From NCBI GenBank assembly GCA_051294375.1, contig CM119269.1:17346265-17410264 (forward strand): 64,000 nt of DNA, given 5' to 3'. Below the pieces are notes generated by a model. The model had not been told where the DNA came from, searched no databases, and worked only from the letters and a program-made list of their open reading frames with translations. Positions 11,501 through 24,850 of the stretch are shown here, piece after piece. The position numbers and the translations under genes were made by a program. Within the stretch, counting starts at the first letter, position 1. The number at the start of each line of letters is the position of its first letter. Source of the stretch: Paraspadella gotoi (taxonomy: Eukaryota; Animalia; Chaetognatha).

Positions 11501-14500
11501 AAAGACTCGAGTAAGACAAACAAATCCCTGACAGAAAAACAAAATAAAAATCAAACAGAGAAAGAACTGTACACTAAAACCGAACAAATAAATGGAATAA
11601 AGAGAAAACGTCTCCAAATTTAAGCGAATGTCGATCAAATTCCGTCCTCCTGTCGAGAAATTGGATGGAAGTGCAAACATCTGAACAACTTCAACACGAG
11701 ATCATGACTTAATGATCTATAATCGAACGTGACTTCAATATTAACCGACCAAACAGAAAAATAAAGAATTTTTTTTTCTTCTGTCTTGAGTGGATCGATT
11801 TTTGCAATCATTGGGAACCCAGAAAGCGGGAACTTCGTAACACCGACGGACAGAGTAAAAAACGGATTTTTCGGTGACGCTATTCATTTTGGAAGCCACG
11901 GAAAGAGGAGAAGGAAAAAAATATGTCTCGAGAAGTCGTACTTACCCGAAATTTCAAATATTCGTCGTCGTCGTGCTTACTCCTTACCCAAAGAGCGCCG
12001 CGGCAGCCTTCGCTCGCGTGGAGGACCCCGGACCCCCGGCCCGCCGCCGATATATCTTAAGTCACCCAAGCCGGCCGGCGATTGCCACAACTCTTTCACT
12101 TTCCTTTTTCCTTTCTTTCTTTCTTTCTTTCTTTNNNNNNNNNNTTCTTTCTTTCTTTCTTTCTTTTTTTTCTTTCTTTGCTTTATTTTAGTTGGTTTTT
12201 GAGCTTTTCTCATCACAACATTAAAAACAAAGAGCAAGCGTTCCGATCTTCTTGACTAAATGATATACGCATAATGTTGATTACATGAATAATTGAATAT
12301 GATTGGCTGCAAGCTGCTCTTTTTTCCTTTTAATCGAATAAATAACCCTCGAGCCAGCGACGCCCTGTTGTAGTTACCATAGTGATATTAGTGATATGAG
12401 ATATTCGTGGCACAGTTGGGGGCCCCACGATCAGAAGACAAACTAAGCATTGAAAGTTAGATTTTGTTATAAAGTATATATATACAATATATACATATAT
12501 TATACAATAATATACATATTACCGATGCGATAATTCAATATGTCGTAAAAACTAGAGAGTAAAAAACTATATTCGTAATTTTAATCAGCTTAATGAACTT
12601 TGAAGTGGGCATTTTTTCTCGCAGCTGCTTCCCATAGTCTGTTCCCCTTTTTTCATCAAGGATTTCCAGTAATCAGAGATGAGTTTTGATAAAACCTGCG
12701 CCGCTTTGAATCAATAGAAAGTCAATAGATTGCATTGAAAGCTGGTTATTTTTCTGTGATGGGAGTACAAAAAATAAATAATTCTAAAAACCTTTTGACG
12801 CCGCGGGTCGTCAGCTTTCGGATTTGTTTAACACTGTTTCGAAAACTTGATTTACAATAATTTATACTTATTTATAACTAAGCAAGAACGCGTCTCACCA
12901 CCGGCCACGCTGCTCTACGAAAAGCCTTCTTGTCAAGAACAGAAATACATGAACTGCAATCTCCTTATTATTTTCAAATATGAACTGCTAGACATTTTCC
13001 TATACTTTGGACTATATCACAAAAGAGACTTGCGGGCGAACAATGGGTAAACTAACCATTCTTCCCTTATAATTTTGATACAGTAAAACCGGAATAAGTT
13101 ATCTAAGAGAACAAATATTCACTATTTCTGCAAATCTTGCCTTTTGCTTCCATTTTCAGCTCTTTGGGATTAATTTTTTACAAAGTGAAGATCAAAAAAA
13201 GAAAATTTTTCTTTTTTAACTTCCAGTTTCTCAGCCTTGGGTTGGCTTTCATGTTCTTTCTACTGGCGAGATTTAGTGTAGGAAGCATTTCTTGTTTCTT
13301 AAGCATTTCACCGTTTGTCTGCCCAATGAATTTTTAAATGGTTATCTTATGTCAAAAAAATAGGCATTTTTTCATCTTTCAAACTTCATTTTTAAACAAT
13401 CTTGAACCTTTCTTACTTTAAATTAAAATTTGAAACTTACATGCAAAAATATTCCCCACATTGCATAAGCTAATTATATCTTTCTGTAATATAAAGGAAA
13501 TAAGCTTCCATGCGTTTTCTCTTAAAAAAAAAATTTTTAAAGTGTCTCTTTTGAAATTTAGTGATTTTTTAGTGTTTGATTTGTAGTGTATTTTTCATTT
13601 TTCACTTTAGATTTATTTTTTTCCTAGTTATATTAGTTGGACTAAGTTATTATTCTTGCGTTAAATCCTTTAAAAAACCCGCATTCCATCATTCTTTGCC
13701 GTTTTTTTTATTCAGGAACAAGTTTTTTAATTCATTTTCCGCGTGTCGGACACGATTATTGCGGAAAACAAAATTTTCACTTCCGCAAAAATCTGCTCGA
13801 CTTTTTACTCTAAATCTGCTAATGAACCCCAAATCGAAAGAAAAAAACAAAATTAGCCCGATTTTCTACCGAATTATTTGAGCATGTAAACTAAAGAAAA
13901 AAATATGATTCAAAGGCTGAGAAAAGAAAGAAAATGGAGAGAGAGAAGAAAGATGATCGGGCAAACATTGCGATACAGCAGAAGAAAGTAAAGAAAGACC
14001 GTGAGAAAGACAAGAGAGACGCTAGACACTAGCACAGCAACGACCAGAGAGCAAAAACTTGATAAAACCAAAAGAGAGAGGCAAAAAAATAATGAAAAAA
14101 GAAAAACAACCAAGAAGAATGAAGCGACGAGAAAGAGGAGATAAGAAAGATAGAAAAGAGTCGACGAAAGAAAGAAAAAAAAAAAGACCCGAGCAGACAG
14201 AAAGAAAGAAAAAAGAAAGACAAGCTAGATGCGAGAGATGGAGACGAGAGAGAGAGACTGAGAGACACCGAGAGAGGATGATGGAACGACGAGAGAGAGA
14301 AAGGAAAAGAACTCATGAAGCGAGAAAGAACAAAGTTGAAAGATAATAATGCTTTAGCGGCACTGTTAAGAGATCGCCGTTTGCTCATCTGTTTCTTTTG
14401 CCTCCATCATGATTCGTTTTCGATCCATTTTAATTACCTCAAGCCTATCTGTGTGCTACCTATTTCACCGTTTCGACAGACGAGGACCAGTCACAGTGAG

Positions 14501-16104
14501 ACTTCAGCTCGTCCCAAATACGGCCTCTTTACGCGCGAAAAATGAGGCACGTTGTCACCTTCAGTCACCGTCTTTGTCACTCACCAAGCTTGTAGCAGCA
14601 TCTATGACACCGAACTGTCACGGCTGGGGCATACACATGACTTTGTTGGATCAAACTGACGCGAGGCGGTGATCACAAGGCGTGCTGACCACCACTCACC
14701 GACCAAAGGGTCTCGGCGTCACTCGCGCCCATCTTCCGAGCAGGTCTCCCCCAGTAATTGGCCGCCCTACGGGTCATAAGACGGAATACGCCTGGCAAGG
14801 GCATGCTGACTCTACCTAGTTCTCGATACTTAGATTTCACAAGGAAAAATCGCTGATATCTAACTAAGTCGTGAGTGTCTACGCTAGATTCTTCTCGCGA
14901 AAAGCTTTAAAAATTATTTCCTTTTTTTTAAGTTAAAGTTAGATTTTAATAACGCAATAGTTAAAATAGATTCTTTTCTGCCAATTAGTTCAAAAACCTC
15001 TGAAAGAACTTTTGTTCGTCGCCTAGCGAATTTGAAGTCTTAGAATAAAGCCAACAGTGGCGTTGTGCTTAATGACAGAGAGGATAACTATTCCAAACCG
15101 ATTTTTAAGAATCAATGAAGTACCGAAGAATTAAATGGAACACCCCTAGAAAGTTAGTATAATTTTTTAGTTTGAAATCAATAGTTTAAGAAAGGCTTTT
15201 CGTAGACACTGCCCCACCGAAAAGAGGACGAACAAAAAAATAGAGGGAGGCAAAAGAGAGCGAGCGAGAGCGGAGGCGGGCAACGATGGCCATGTGGGAC
15301 CAGTCCAACGCAGTCCGTCGCTGAATGGCAGGAATCGGACGGCAGTCGAACGCTGAATGGCTCGATCCGAGATAAGATCGCGATAAAAATCGGAAGAACA
15401 AAAGCACGAATCAACAAAAGAACAAAAATCCCAGCCTCCGTAATACAATGAGAAAGGAAAGATGAACTTTCCGATTAAAAAAAAAAACCTGAAAAAAGCT
15501 AAAAGGATGAATCTGGCGAGGAAAGAGAGGGGGGGGGTAGGAAAACTGCGCGACGGAGCGCGGTGAGCTCACACACTCTCTCTCTCTCTTTCTCTCTCTC
15601 TCTTCCACAGACCGTCTGCTGTTTTTCCAAAAATAATTAGTTAAATAATTCAAGCTATTAAACTTTAGAGAAATATTCAAAAATAATATTGAATACTTTA
15701 TATTAGATAATTCCATGTAACCTTTAAATTTTTGTACAATAGACGACAAAATAGTTTAAAAATCAATTTGTCTGCTGATGAAGTTTTTTTTGTCGTGCTG
15801 TCGAGAGAGAGAAATTGAAATTGTATTTATGTTAAGATCTTTAGGCTCGTTTTAAAAGAGAGAGACAGAGGGCATATTAACTACGAAAGTGAGAAAATTA
15901 TCGAGTGATGAAGTAAGAAAGTAAGATAAAAGTAAAGCCGATAATTAGTTTGGGAACGGAAGCCATCGATGACAGAATGGCATTGTTGAAAGAAACGGTC
16001 GTCAAATGTTGGTGATGTCGTCGTCGTCGTCGTCGTCGTCGTTATCGATGTAATTGTTACTTAAAAGGATAACTGTCAATGATACCATATTTTTAACCTT
16101 ATCT

Positions 16105-16150
<46 letters not shown>

Positions 16151-18359
16151 TCCATTTTTAGTCAGGGCTGGAGGGGTGACCGACATATTACTTTTCGGTC
16201 TGTCTGTCTATCTGTATGAGTCCAAAGACATTCCAACAAAAAAAATAAAATTTAAAAGTAAAATCCATTTTGGAAAAAGTTTTATGGAACTGAAAACAAC
16301 AGACGATAATAACAACGACAACAACAACAATAATGACAACTTATCGGACAAATCTTTGTTCACTGTTCCGGCCTGTTCTCAAATATTTTCCCCATTTGAA
16401 TTTTACCATTTTACCATTTTTTCATTTATTCTTTATTTTTTAGAAACAATGATTAGTAAAATGAATTAAAAAAAGCAAGGTGAAGAACATAAATGGAAAA
16501 AAAAGTTTAGCGAGCTAAAAGACAACAACAACCTCTTTACAACTCGATCACCAAACAACCACTTAACCTTTTAATGGTCTTTTAACCTGACCAGTGACAA
16601 AGTCACCAGTTAACCTCGTTTACTCGTTCATGATTTTTCTATCTTTTGTAATGTTTGTGACCTTTGTAACCGTTTTACTGTTTTCATTTTATGTTTTCCC
16701 TTTTTGTTGATGATCTTCGATCATTATAATTTTGCCTTTCATGAGTGAAACAACTCACGATATTTTTTACAACAAATCTCCTCGAGTCGGATCGCTACAA
16801 CTTGTTGTTTGCCCGACGAACGAAGTAAATCGCAACCTTCTCAAATATTGAGAATATAATAATATAATAATATAATAATAATAATATAATATAATATAAT
16901 ATAATAATAACCTTCTCAAATATTGAGAATAAGGCTCCATCGAATCGCGGCCGCGGCGTCACCCCAGCCGACCAGTCCATTGTCGGCGCCGCCGCTCAAT
17001 TCCACCACGCCTCGGTCGCGCCTATGAGAGACGCCGTCCTCAAACTTCAAGGAGCGGGAACGCCAACTCGTCGGTTATCTAAGACAAGTTAATGCTCTAA
17101 AGGAATTAACTCAAGCCGTGCCTATGATTCAGAGACTGAAACTTTTTTTCTCGTTTCTTTATTAAATTTTATTTCTTTTTTAATCGATAAAACGACGCAG
17201 TTATGAAATGAAAGGAGGACAAAATAAATCTGGTGTATCTCACTGAACGATCGACAAATTTTCTGGGCCGTCTGCGTGAGAGAGAGACAGACAGACAGAA
17301 AAAGAAAGAGAGAGTGAGCTGAGCATAGAAAAAAGAAAAATAAGACGAACTAAAAATGAGAAATATTGATTAAAAATACTCAATTTGAAAAGGGACAACA
17401 GATTTATAAGAGCAAAAGAGGAAAGCGCGAAAAAACTTTAAAGATGGAACAAAGAAATAAATAAAAAGAAAGACCATTGGCTGCGCCAATAGTCGCCAAT
17501 ACATCTAAATCGCTTTCAAGGGCTTAAACGGAACTGTTACTGCGGCAGTAATAACATTTTGAAAACAATATTTTACAAATCAAAATATTATTTTTACTTT
17601 TTTTAAACTTGCCTCATTTTTTTAACTTGCATCATTTTTTTCAACTTGCATCATTTAGGATTAAAAATGCTTAAAATCTTTTAATATTTTACAATTTAAT
17701 GGGACTGTTCTTTTGTTTCAGAAAATAAAACCAGTGGTGAATGTAGATAAATAAAAATTGATTGCTATTTTTTTAAATGCTCTTTTGTTTGTACAGCCAT
17801 CTGGTTTATTAACACTAAAAGATGCAAAAATTTGTTATTTTGTTTTCAAGGTTTATTTGTTTTATTTGTAGGATCAGGCGGATAGATATCTCGCTGTAGA
17901 TTAAATAGCGGATACTTAGAGATAGGTATTGGTTTATCAGAAGGTTGGATCAGTTCATAGGTGCAGACAGAAAAGCAAATTTTTATGGAAAATAAAGGGA
18001 AAATGCTCATAGTAGAGAAAGTAAGAGACAAATCCTCTTAGTAGGAAAGAAAAAATAAATAAATAGAAAAAAAAAGAAAAAAAAGAAAACAATATTGTAC
18101 AATTTTAGGGGGTAAGTAAATCGATTTACAATAAAGCGATTTACAAAAAAAAAGTAAAAACAAAAAATATATACTATTAAATGGGGAAAAAATGTTGTAC
18201 AACCCAAAAAATTATTTAAAAGATAGAAAAATATAAAAGCTCTTGTGATGAATTAATAGAGAAGGATAAAGAAGGAGCCTTTCTGCAAAAAGGTGCTTCT
18301 TGCGACAGCAGCCCCATCCATTTTAGAGTGTTGTGTCTCCGGCGATAAAGACAAAAGGC

Positions 18360-18429
<70 letters not shown>

Positions 18430-20203
18430 ACGCGAGCGAATTTGTCGATTAATCAATCCAATCATCGTTGATCGACAAACAAAAACCAATTCTCTTGTTT
18501 TCCTTTGTTTTTCGCGCCGTCTTTTGTTTTTAGCGATAAAACGATTTTCGAGCGCGTTCGTCGTCGTCGTCATCGTCGTCGCTGTCTTTTTCCTCGTCGA
18601 ATTTTTAATCATGTCGCCTTGTTCAATCTCGACAATTGTGGATGTCTTTGACCTTGTTTTGCTTATGTTTTAAACTTTGTGATTCGTATAAGAATTGAGA
18701 GATTCTGATTTATCAACATCGACATCGTCGCCGTGTCTCCCAAGGTTCTTAATCAGCCTCATCTGGTAGATCGTTGCAATCCTTGTTACTCTAATCTAAA
18801 TCTGTTTGTAATTGTAATCCTCGTCCCTGGCGCCGTCGTCGTCTTCCCCATCGTCGTCGCCCGACAACCACGATCCATCACCCGATTGACTTCAAAGAAA
18901 CGACGTCTTCAAGAATCAACTCAAAAGTGTTTGACTTCAACTCGTCCTAATCTTGTATTTATTCATTTTTCGTCTCGTTGTAATCACAATGTAATCACAT
19001 TGTAGCGAATTTAATCTTGTTTTTTTAATCAGTCTCCGATTTTCGGCGAGCGTTTGACTTTGCGCCCCCAGGATGCGAGGGGCGAAAACGGGTAATCTAT
19101 AATATACGTTTTCACAATATGCCGTAAATGATAAACGACGAACTACAACGAGAGTTTATGTCCTACATAAATATATATTGTTAAAACTGTTTTTCTAAAT
19201 ATTTATCGGGTTATTTTATGATTGTTAAGTAGTATCGTTGAATTATATTATTATATATATATTGGTTACTTTTAATTTGTGGTGTTCATAAACTTCAAAT
19301 ACATTTAGCCGTAAAAGAATGTAAATCAATATTTATAACATCAATGGATCGCCGCCCCCCTTCTTTAGGAGATTTCACCCCCAATAAAAGATCTCGTTCG
19401 TGTGCTCTAGATCTCTCGAAATCTCAAAAGCGCCTCTTCAATCTATTTTTTAAGGCAAACGGCATCAGCTGCAAAAACAAAAGGTAAATAATAATGGATA
19501 ATGGGACTTGTGAAAGAAATAAAAAAGTTCTAAAAACTTGAAAGAAAAAAAAGATTAAATGAAATAAAAGGGGAAAAAGAGGAAAAGAAAAGAAAATAAA
19601 GAAAACTCGTGCGGAAAATTCGAAGACGCCACCGCCTTTTCTTTTTTTCTTTTTTTCTTCTTTTCTTCTTTTCTTCTTTTCTTTTTTTCTTTTTTTTAAT
19701 TCGGGTCCAACACGAGTCGAGTTTTTTTCTTTAATTTTTTTTTTAATGTTTTTCCTTTTCGATTTTAAAAGTCGAAGTTCATTTTCGACTCTTTCCCGGT
19801 TTATTCGCTACTAAATATACAAAACTTAATCTAAAAAAAATTGTATATTATAAATATAATCAATTACGTATTTTTTTCTAAATAAAAAAAAAGACATGCT
19901 TTTAATTTTTTTTCTTTCCAAGAGATAAATTTGAGAAAGAATGTAGCGAAAAAATTCAAGTTGGCATTTAGGGGCCAACGAACAACTACAAAGAGCAAAC
20001 GTTAAATACGATCGCGTTTCATCTCTGTCACGCCGTCGTTCCATCCGTCCGTCCGTCCGTCCTTCCCTCGATCCATCTCGACCTGGAAAAAATTATCATT
20101 TATTTTCAAAGTAAACAAAATCTCAAATCCGTCCTTTTATTTTGAGTTATTCGGCGAAAAAGTATCTCGACTTACCCAAACTTTCCCTTCTTAGCATCTC
20201 GTC

Positions 20204-20307
<104 letters not shown>

Positions 20308-20426
20308 TCGTTACTGAAATGTTTTCAGCGCAAAGTCTCGAAGTGGACGTCGTCTCGCTTTCTCTCGCATTTTTTGCGAGATGCCTCATTTTCAGATTTT
20401 AATGTCAAAAACTGAAGGAATTTAGT

Positions 20427-20465
<39 letters not shown>

Positions 20466-21472
20466 GAGAGAGAGGAGAGAGAGACTGGAGAGAGAGAGAG
20501 AGAGAGACGATAGACATCGGGCGACGACCAACGCGACGCCGCAATTTGAGACGAAGTCCAGTCGTCGTCTTCGTCGTCTTCGTCGTCGTTGTCATCTTTC
20601 GTGACATCTTTTGTTCGTCGTCGTCTTCGTTCTCACCGCGGTCACTGTGGTCGTCGTCGTCGGCTTTTTTATCGTCGCGGTCATCGGAGCGGCGGCAAAA
20701 TCTCGTCGCCGAATGTTGACGAAGCGATGAGACGTGACTTTCTTCGATGTCGCTGATGTCGCCCGCGTTGTTGTCGTTGTTGTTGCTGCTACAGTCGTTG
20801 ACGAGGCGGCTTGTCGTCGTTAACGTTGAGTCTTATTCACTATTCGTTGTTATCGTCGTTGTCATCTAGTTGTTGTTGTTCTTGTTGTTGTTGTTGTTGT
20901 ACACATTGCTTCTCTTTTCATAGTTCCGTTATCGACCTTCGACTCCGCATCTCTTCCTTCTCATTCTCACTCTCATTCTCCCTCTCATTCTTCCACTCAT
21001 TCTCCCTCTCATTCCGCCCGGTCATTCTTCCACTCATTCTCCCTCTCATTCTTCCACTCATTCTCCCTCTTATTCCGCCCGGTCATTCTCCCTCTCATTC
21101 ATCTCATCTCTCACTGCGTCCCTTTCCGCGCCCCTTTTCCTCTTGAACGTCGCCCCTCGGGACTCCTTTTCCGCGAGGCCAAAATCGGGGCAATCGCTAA
21201 ACAATCATTGCTTGCTCCCAATGGCCCGTGCCCCACCGGCCGCCCCGTTTGACTGCCCAGTCTTCTCCTTTAACAACCACTGTCCCTCGTTCCTCTTTAG
21301 TTCGTCCTCGACCGTGCCTTACCGGCCGCCCCGTCGCCCCTTCGGGCCGACCCCCGCGGTCACCCCCCTCCGACCGCGAGCCCCGATATTAATCCCCATC
21401 GACTCAAAGGTTACGGCGTTTGAAAGTTTGGTTCGCGACAAGACGAGAGTTGTGGAGGCGGGAGAGAGAGGG

Positions 21473-21503
<31 letters not shown>

Positions 21504-21616
21504 GAGAGAGAGAGAGAGTGTAAACGAGATTTTGAAAATTAATGGATGCTACTTTTTTCAAAGGCGCGAAATTTGGAGGCAAATCGAGGACCGACGCCAG
21601 GGATTCTTTCTTTATT

Positions 21617-21664
<48 letters not shown>

Positions 21665-24529
21665 GCTTTCTTTCTTTCTTTCTTTCTTTCTTTTTTTCTT
21701 TCTTTCTCTTTCTTTTTTACTCTCTTTCATTTTTTCTTCTAAGAAAATGAATATGTCGTCTGATTTTATTTGTTATTTCTTTTTTCCGTCTGCCTCTTTC
21801 TCATAACAAACCCGACTCTGGAATTGGTTTAGTTATTAGCGCGACGACGGTTGGGGAGCGGACGCGTCGGCAGGGGTGCGTCCTTTGTTGCAAGAGCGAC
21901 TAAACTTTTTTAAGACTTTTAAAAAACATTGACGTCGACGTGTCAAGAATTCGCAAACGTGTCAATAATTCTAAAAAACGCAAACACGAAAACAAAAGGG
22001 AAAAGGTCGGAACGGCGCGCGCTCCCGTAGCTCTAGCGACTGGTTTTCGTCTAGGCAATCGTTTCAAGTAGAATGTAGAAATAAGAATGACGCTGTATGT
22101 TTATTCAATCTTTAATATCTTTGTATGTATTACAAATAGTTATAAGTATGCTTAATAGTTGCTGTCTTATAAATCTATAAATATACCATGAACCAAATTG
22201 AAAAGGTTTTCACTTCATGCAATACCTTAGCGAAAATACGAAGCATTAAATTAATCGTAGTTTGTAAAAAGATAAACTTTGTTTTCTCTAAGTAAGTCGA
22301 AGTTCAAAAAAAATTTCAAAAAAGTGAAATTAATTTTCAAATTTCGAAATGGCAAAGAGGAACATTAAAAAAAATATCAAAATCAAGAACAAAAATTATA
22401 ATAAATGATAATTTTAACACGATATATAGCACACATCAATTGAACCGAAACGAAATGAAAATAAAAGTGAAACTTCATAAAAAGAACCGAGTTTCTTTTT
22501 CTTTTCTCGATCAAACAAATTTAATCCGGAAAAAACGGTTCGTCCCGCGGATTCGCAAACAAATTAAGCAATTCTAACAATATTGTTTTTATGGTTGAAA
22601 ACCGGAAAAAGGAAATTCTAGAGAGAAAGAAAAGAGAAACAACGGAGATCGGTAAGTCTTTAGATTAAACAGTTTTGAATTAAACAAGAGTGTAATTTCA
22701 AACATTGTCAAGTTTAAGAAAACGAACTTCGATGATTAAATATAATAAAATTAAAAATTGAAAATTGAAAATTAAAGCCAAACTTATCTCCTTTTTATTT
22801 TAATCAGTTTTGGGTTCTCTTTCAGTCTTGACTGAACCCTCATCCCCTGGAACGATCGACTCCCTCCCGTCTACACTCATCCTCATTTTATTGAATCCCA
22901 ATTCTCGAACGTCCTCGAGTCAACAACGGCATAAGTTGGCGCCTAATCCGACGAGGGTTGGCGAGCGGACCGAAAGATTCCGAGTTCGAAACCCGATGCT
23001 GACCGAATAGTTGCCGCGCATGTCAGATATAGTTCGGCGCCAGTCTACTTTTCCTGGGAGCAACAACGAAACGACAACGACGACGCCGATCAGTAAGGCG
23101 TAGTAAAATTCCTAGTTTAACTTAAAATTTAAAAATTCTAAAATGTAGAAACGAAACAACATGATTATACCTTATGACATTTATGTATAAAAAAAATTTA
23201 TAATAAATTTTTACAATTTCGCAGAGTAGGTCCAGTATCTTATAGCTAGTACTAAACCTATAAATGTTAAAATTTCAAAAACGTTTTTTCTAAAAGAATG
23301 TTTTTTTGCCAGACTTGAAGATTCGTCATAAAAAAAGGTTTGATAAAAAGAATATATAACTCCTTTTTGAAAAAATTCCCTTCATTAAGTGGTGTCAAAA
23401 ATTAGAAAAAGCTTATATTTTAAACATGGAATTTAACATTTTTTACATATTAAATATAGTTTTTTTTTTAATTTTTCAACCATACTATATGAAAGAATTT
23501 TAAAAATGAATTATAATTCTTTTATCAAAACCTACTCTCTCGNNNNNNNNNNNNNNNNNNNNNNNNNNNNNNNNNNNNNNNNNNNNNNNNNNNNNNNNNN
23601 NNNNNNNNNNNNNNNNNNNNNNNNNNNNNNNNNNNNNNNNNNNNNNNNNNNNNNNNNNNNNNNNNNNNNNNNNNNNNNNNNNNNNNNNNNNNNNNNNNNN
23701 NNNNNNNNNNNNNNNNNNNNNNNNNNNNNNNNNNNNNNNNNNNNNNNNNNNNNNNNNNNNNNNNNNNNNNNNNNNNNNNNNNNNNNNNNNNNNNNNNNNN
23801 NNNNNNNNNNNNNNNNNNNNNNNNNNNNNNNNNNNNNNNNNNNNNNNNNNNNNNNNNNNNNNNNNNNNNNNNNNNNNNNNNNNNNNNNNNNNNNNNNNNN
23901 NNNNNNNNNNNNNNNNNNNNNNNNNNNNNNNNNNNNNNNNNNNNNNNNNNNNNNGTGTGTTTTCTAGGAAAGACTATCGATACTTAATCAGACTCTCTCT
24001 CCTCTCTCTCTCTTTCTCTTCTCTCTCTCTCTCTCTCCGACCACTGTCTAGTCCAACGATTCCCAAACGTCTTCTTTTCATCTTCGTCCCTCTCCTTTCC
24101 CCTTGTTATGCGACAATGACCTTCGCGTGAAGAAGTTAACCACTAATCCCCATCATCACTTATCCTCCTCCTCCTCCTCCTCCTCCCCCTCCTCCTCATC
24201 ACCACTCACCCTTTTAATGACACCGACTTCGAGATGACGATGACAGGTGAGTTGAAATCGAAGATGCAAATTTCTTTCTTCGATCGAATGTTGAACTTGA
24301 ATCGATTTTCGATCGGTCGTCAGTAAAAATTCAGACTTGATTGGGATTTTTCATTTCTACCGCTGATTCTGACAGAAAAGATTTTTTTTTATATATATAT
24401 TTTTTTAAACGAAGAACCGGTGTCAAAAGAGGGGGGGGTCCTCGTACTTTATTCTCCTATTTATTACCATTTTACTAAGATATAATGATCTGTTTGGTAT
24501 TTTTTCGCTTGGAAGCCTCTGACAAACTT

Positions 24530-24850
24530 AACTTTTTCAACCTGTGTATAAAAGTGATTAAGCCTTCTGCCTGCAAACTTATAATTTTTTCTGTTCCCAT
24601 CCCTTGGACAATTGATTGAGCCACTGCCAATACTTACATTTTTGCCTCTCTCACCTTGGGGTAAGTGATATTAAAGACACTTGCCTCAAACTAACATTTC
24701 TCTCTTTCAACCTGCCGGATAGTGATTAAGTATCTCTGCCAAAAACTTAACCTTTCCCATCTTCAACGTTGGGGTATGTGATTGAGCCTCTGCCACAAAC
24801 CTAACATTTCCCTCTTTCAAGCCTGGGTAGTGATTGAGCCTCTGCCAGGG
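24530..24850. repeat. Degenerate ~55-60 bp tandem repeat
   Basis: Recurring gtgatt(g/a)agcctctgcc...aaac(c/t)taac...tttc unit, about 6 copies. Confidence 0.65.

Noticed and set aside
20422-20830. Open Asp/Thr-rich frame on the minus strand
   Set aside because: Built from GAC/GTC triplet repeats; no convincing start, splice sites or recognisable motif.
23506-23967. 153-aa ORF
   Set aside because: Spans an N gap.
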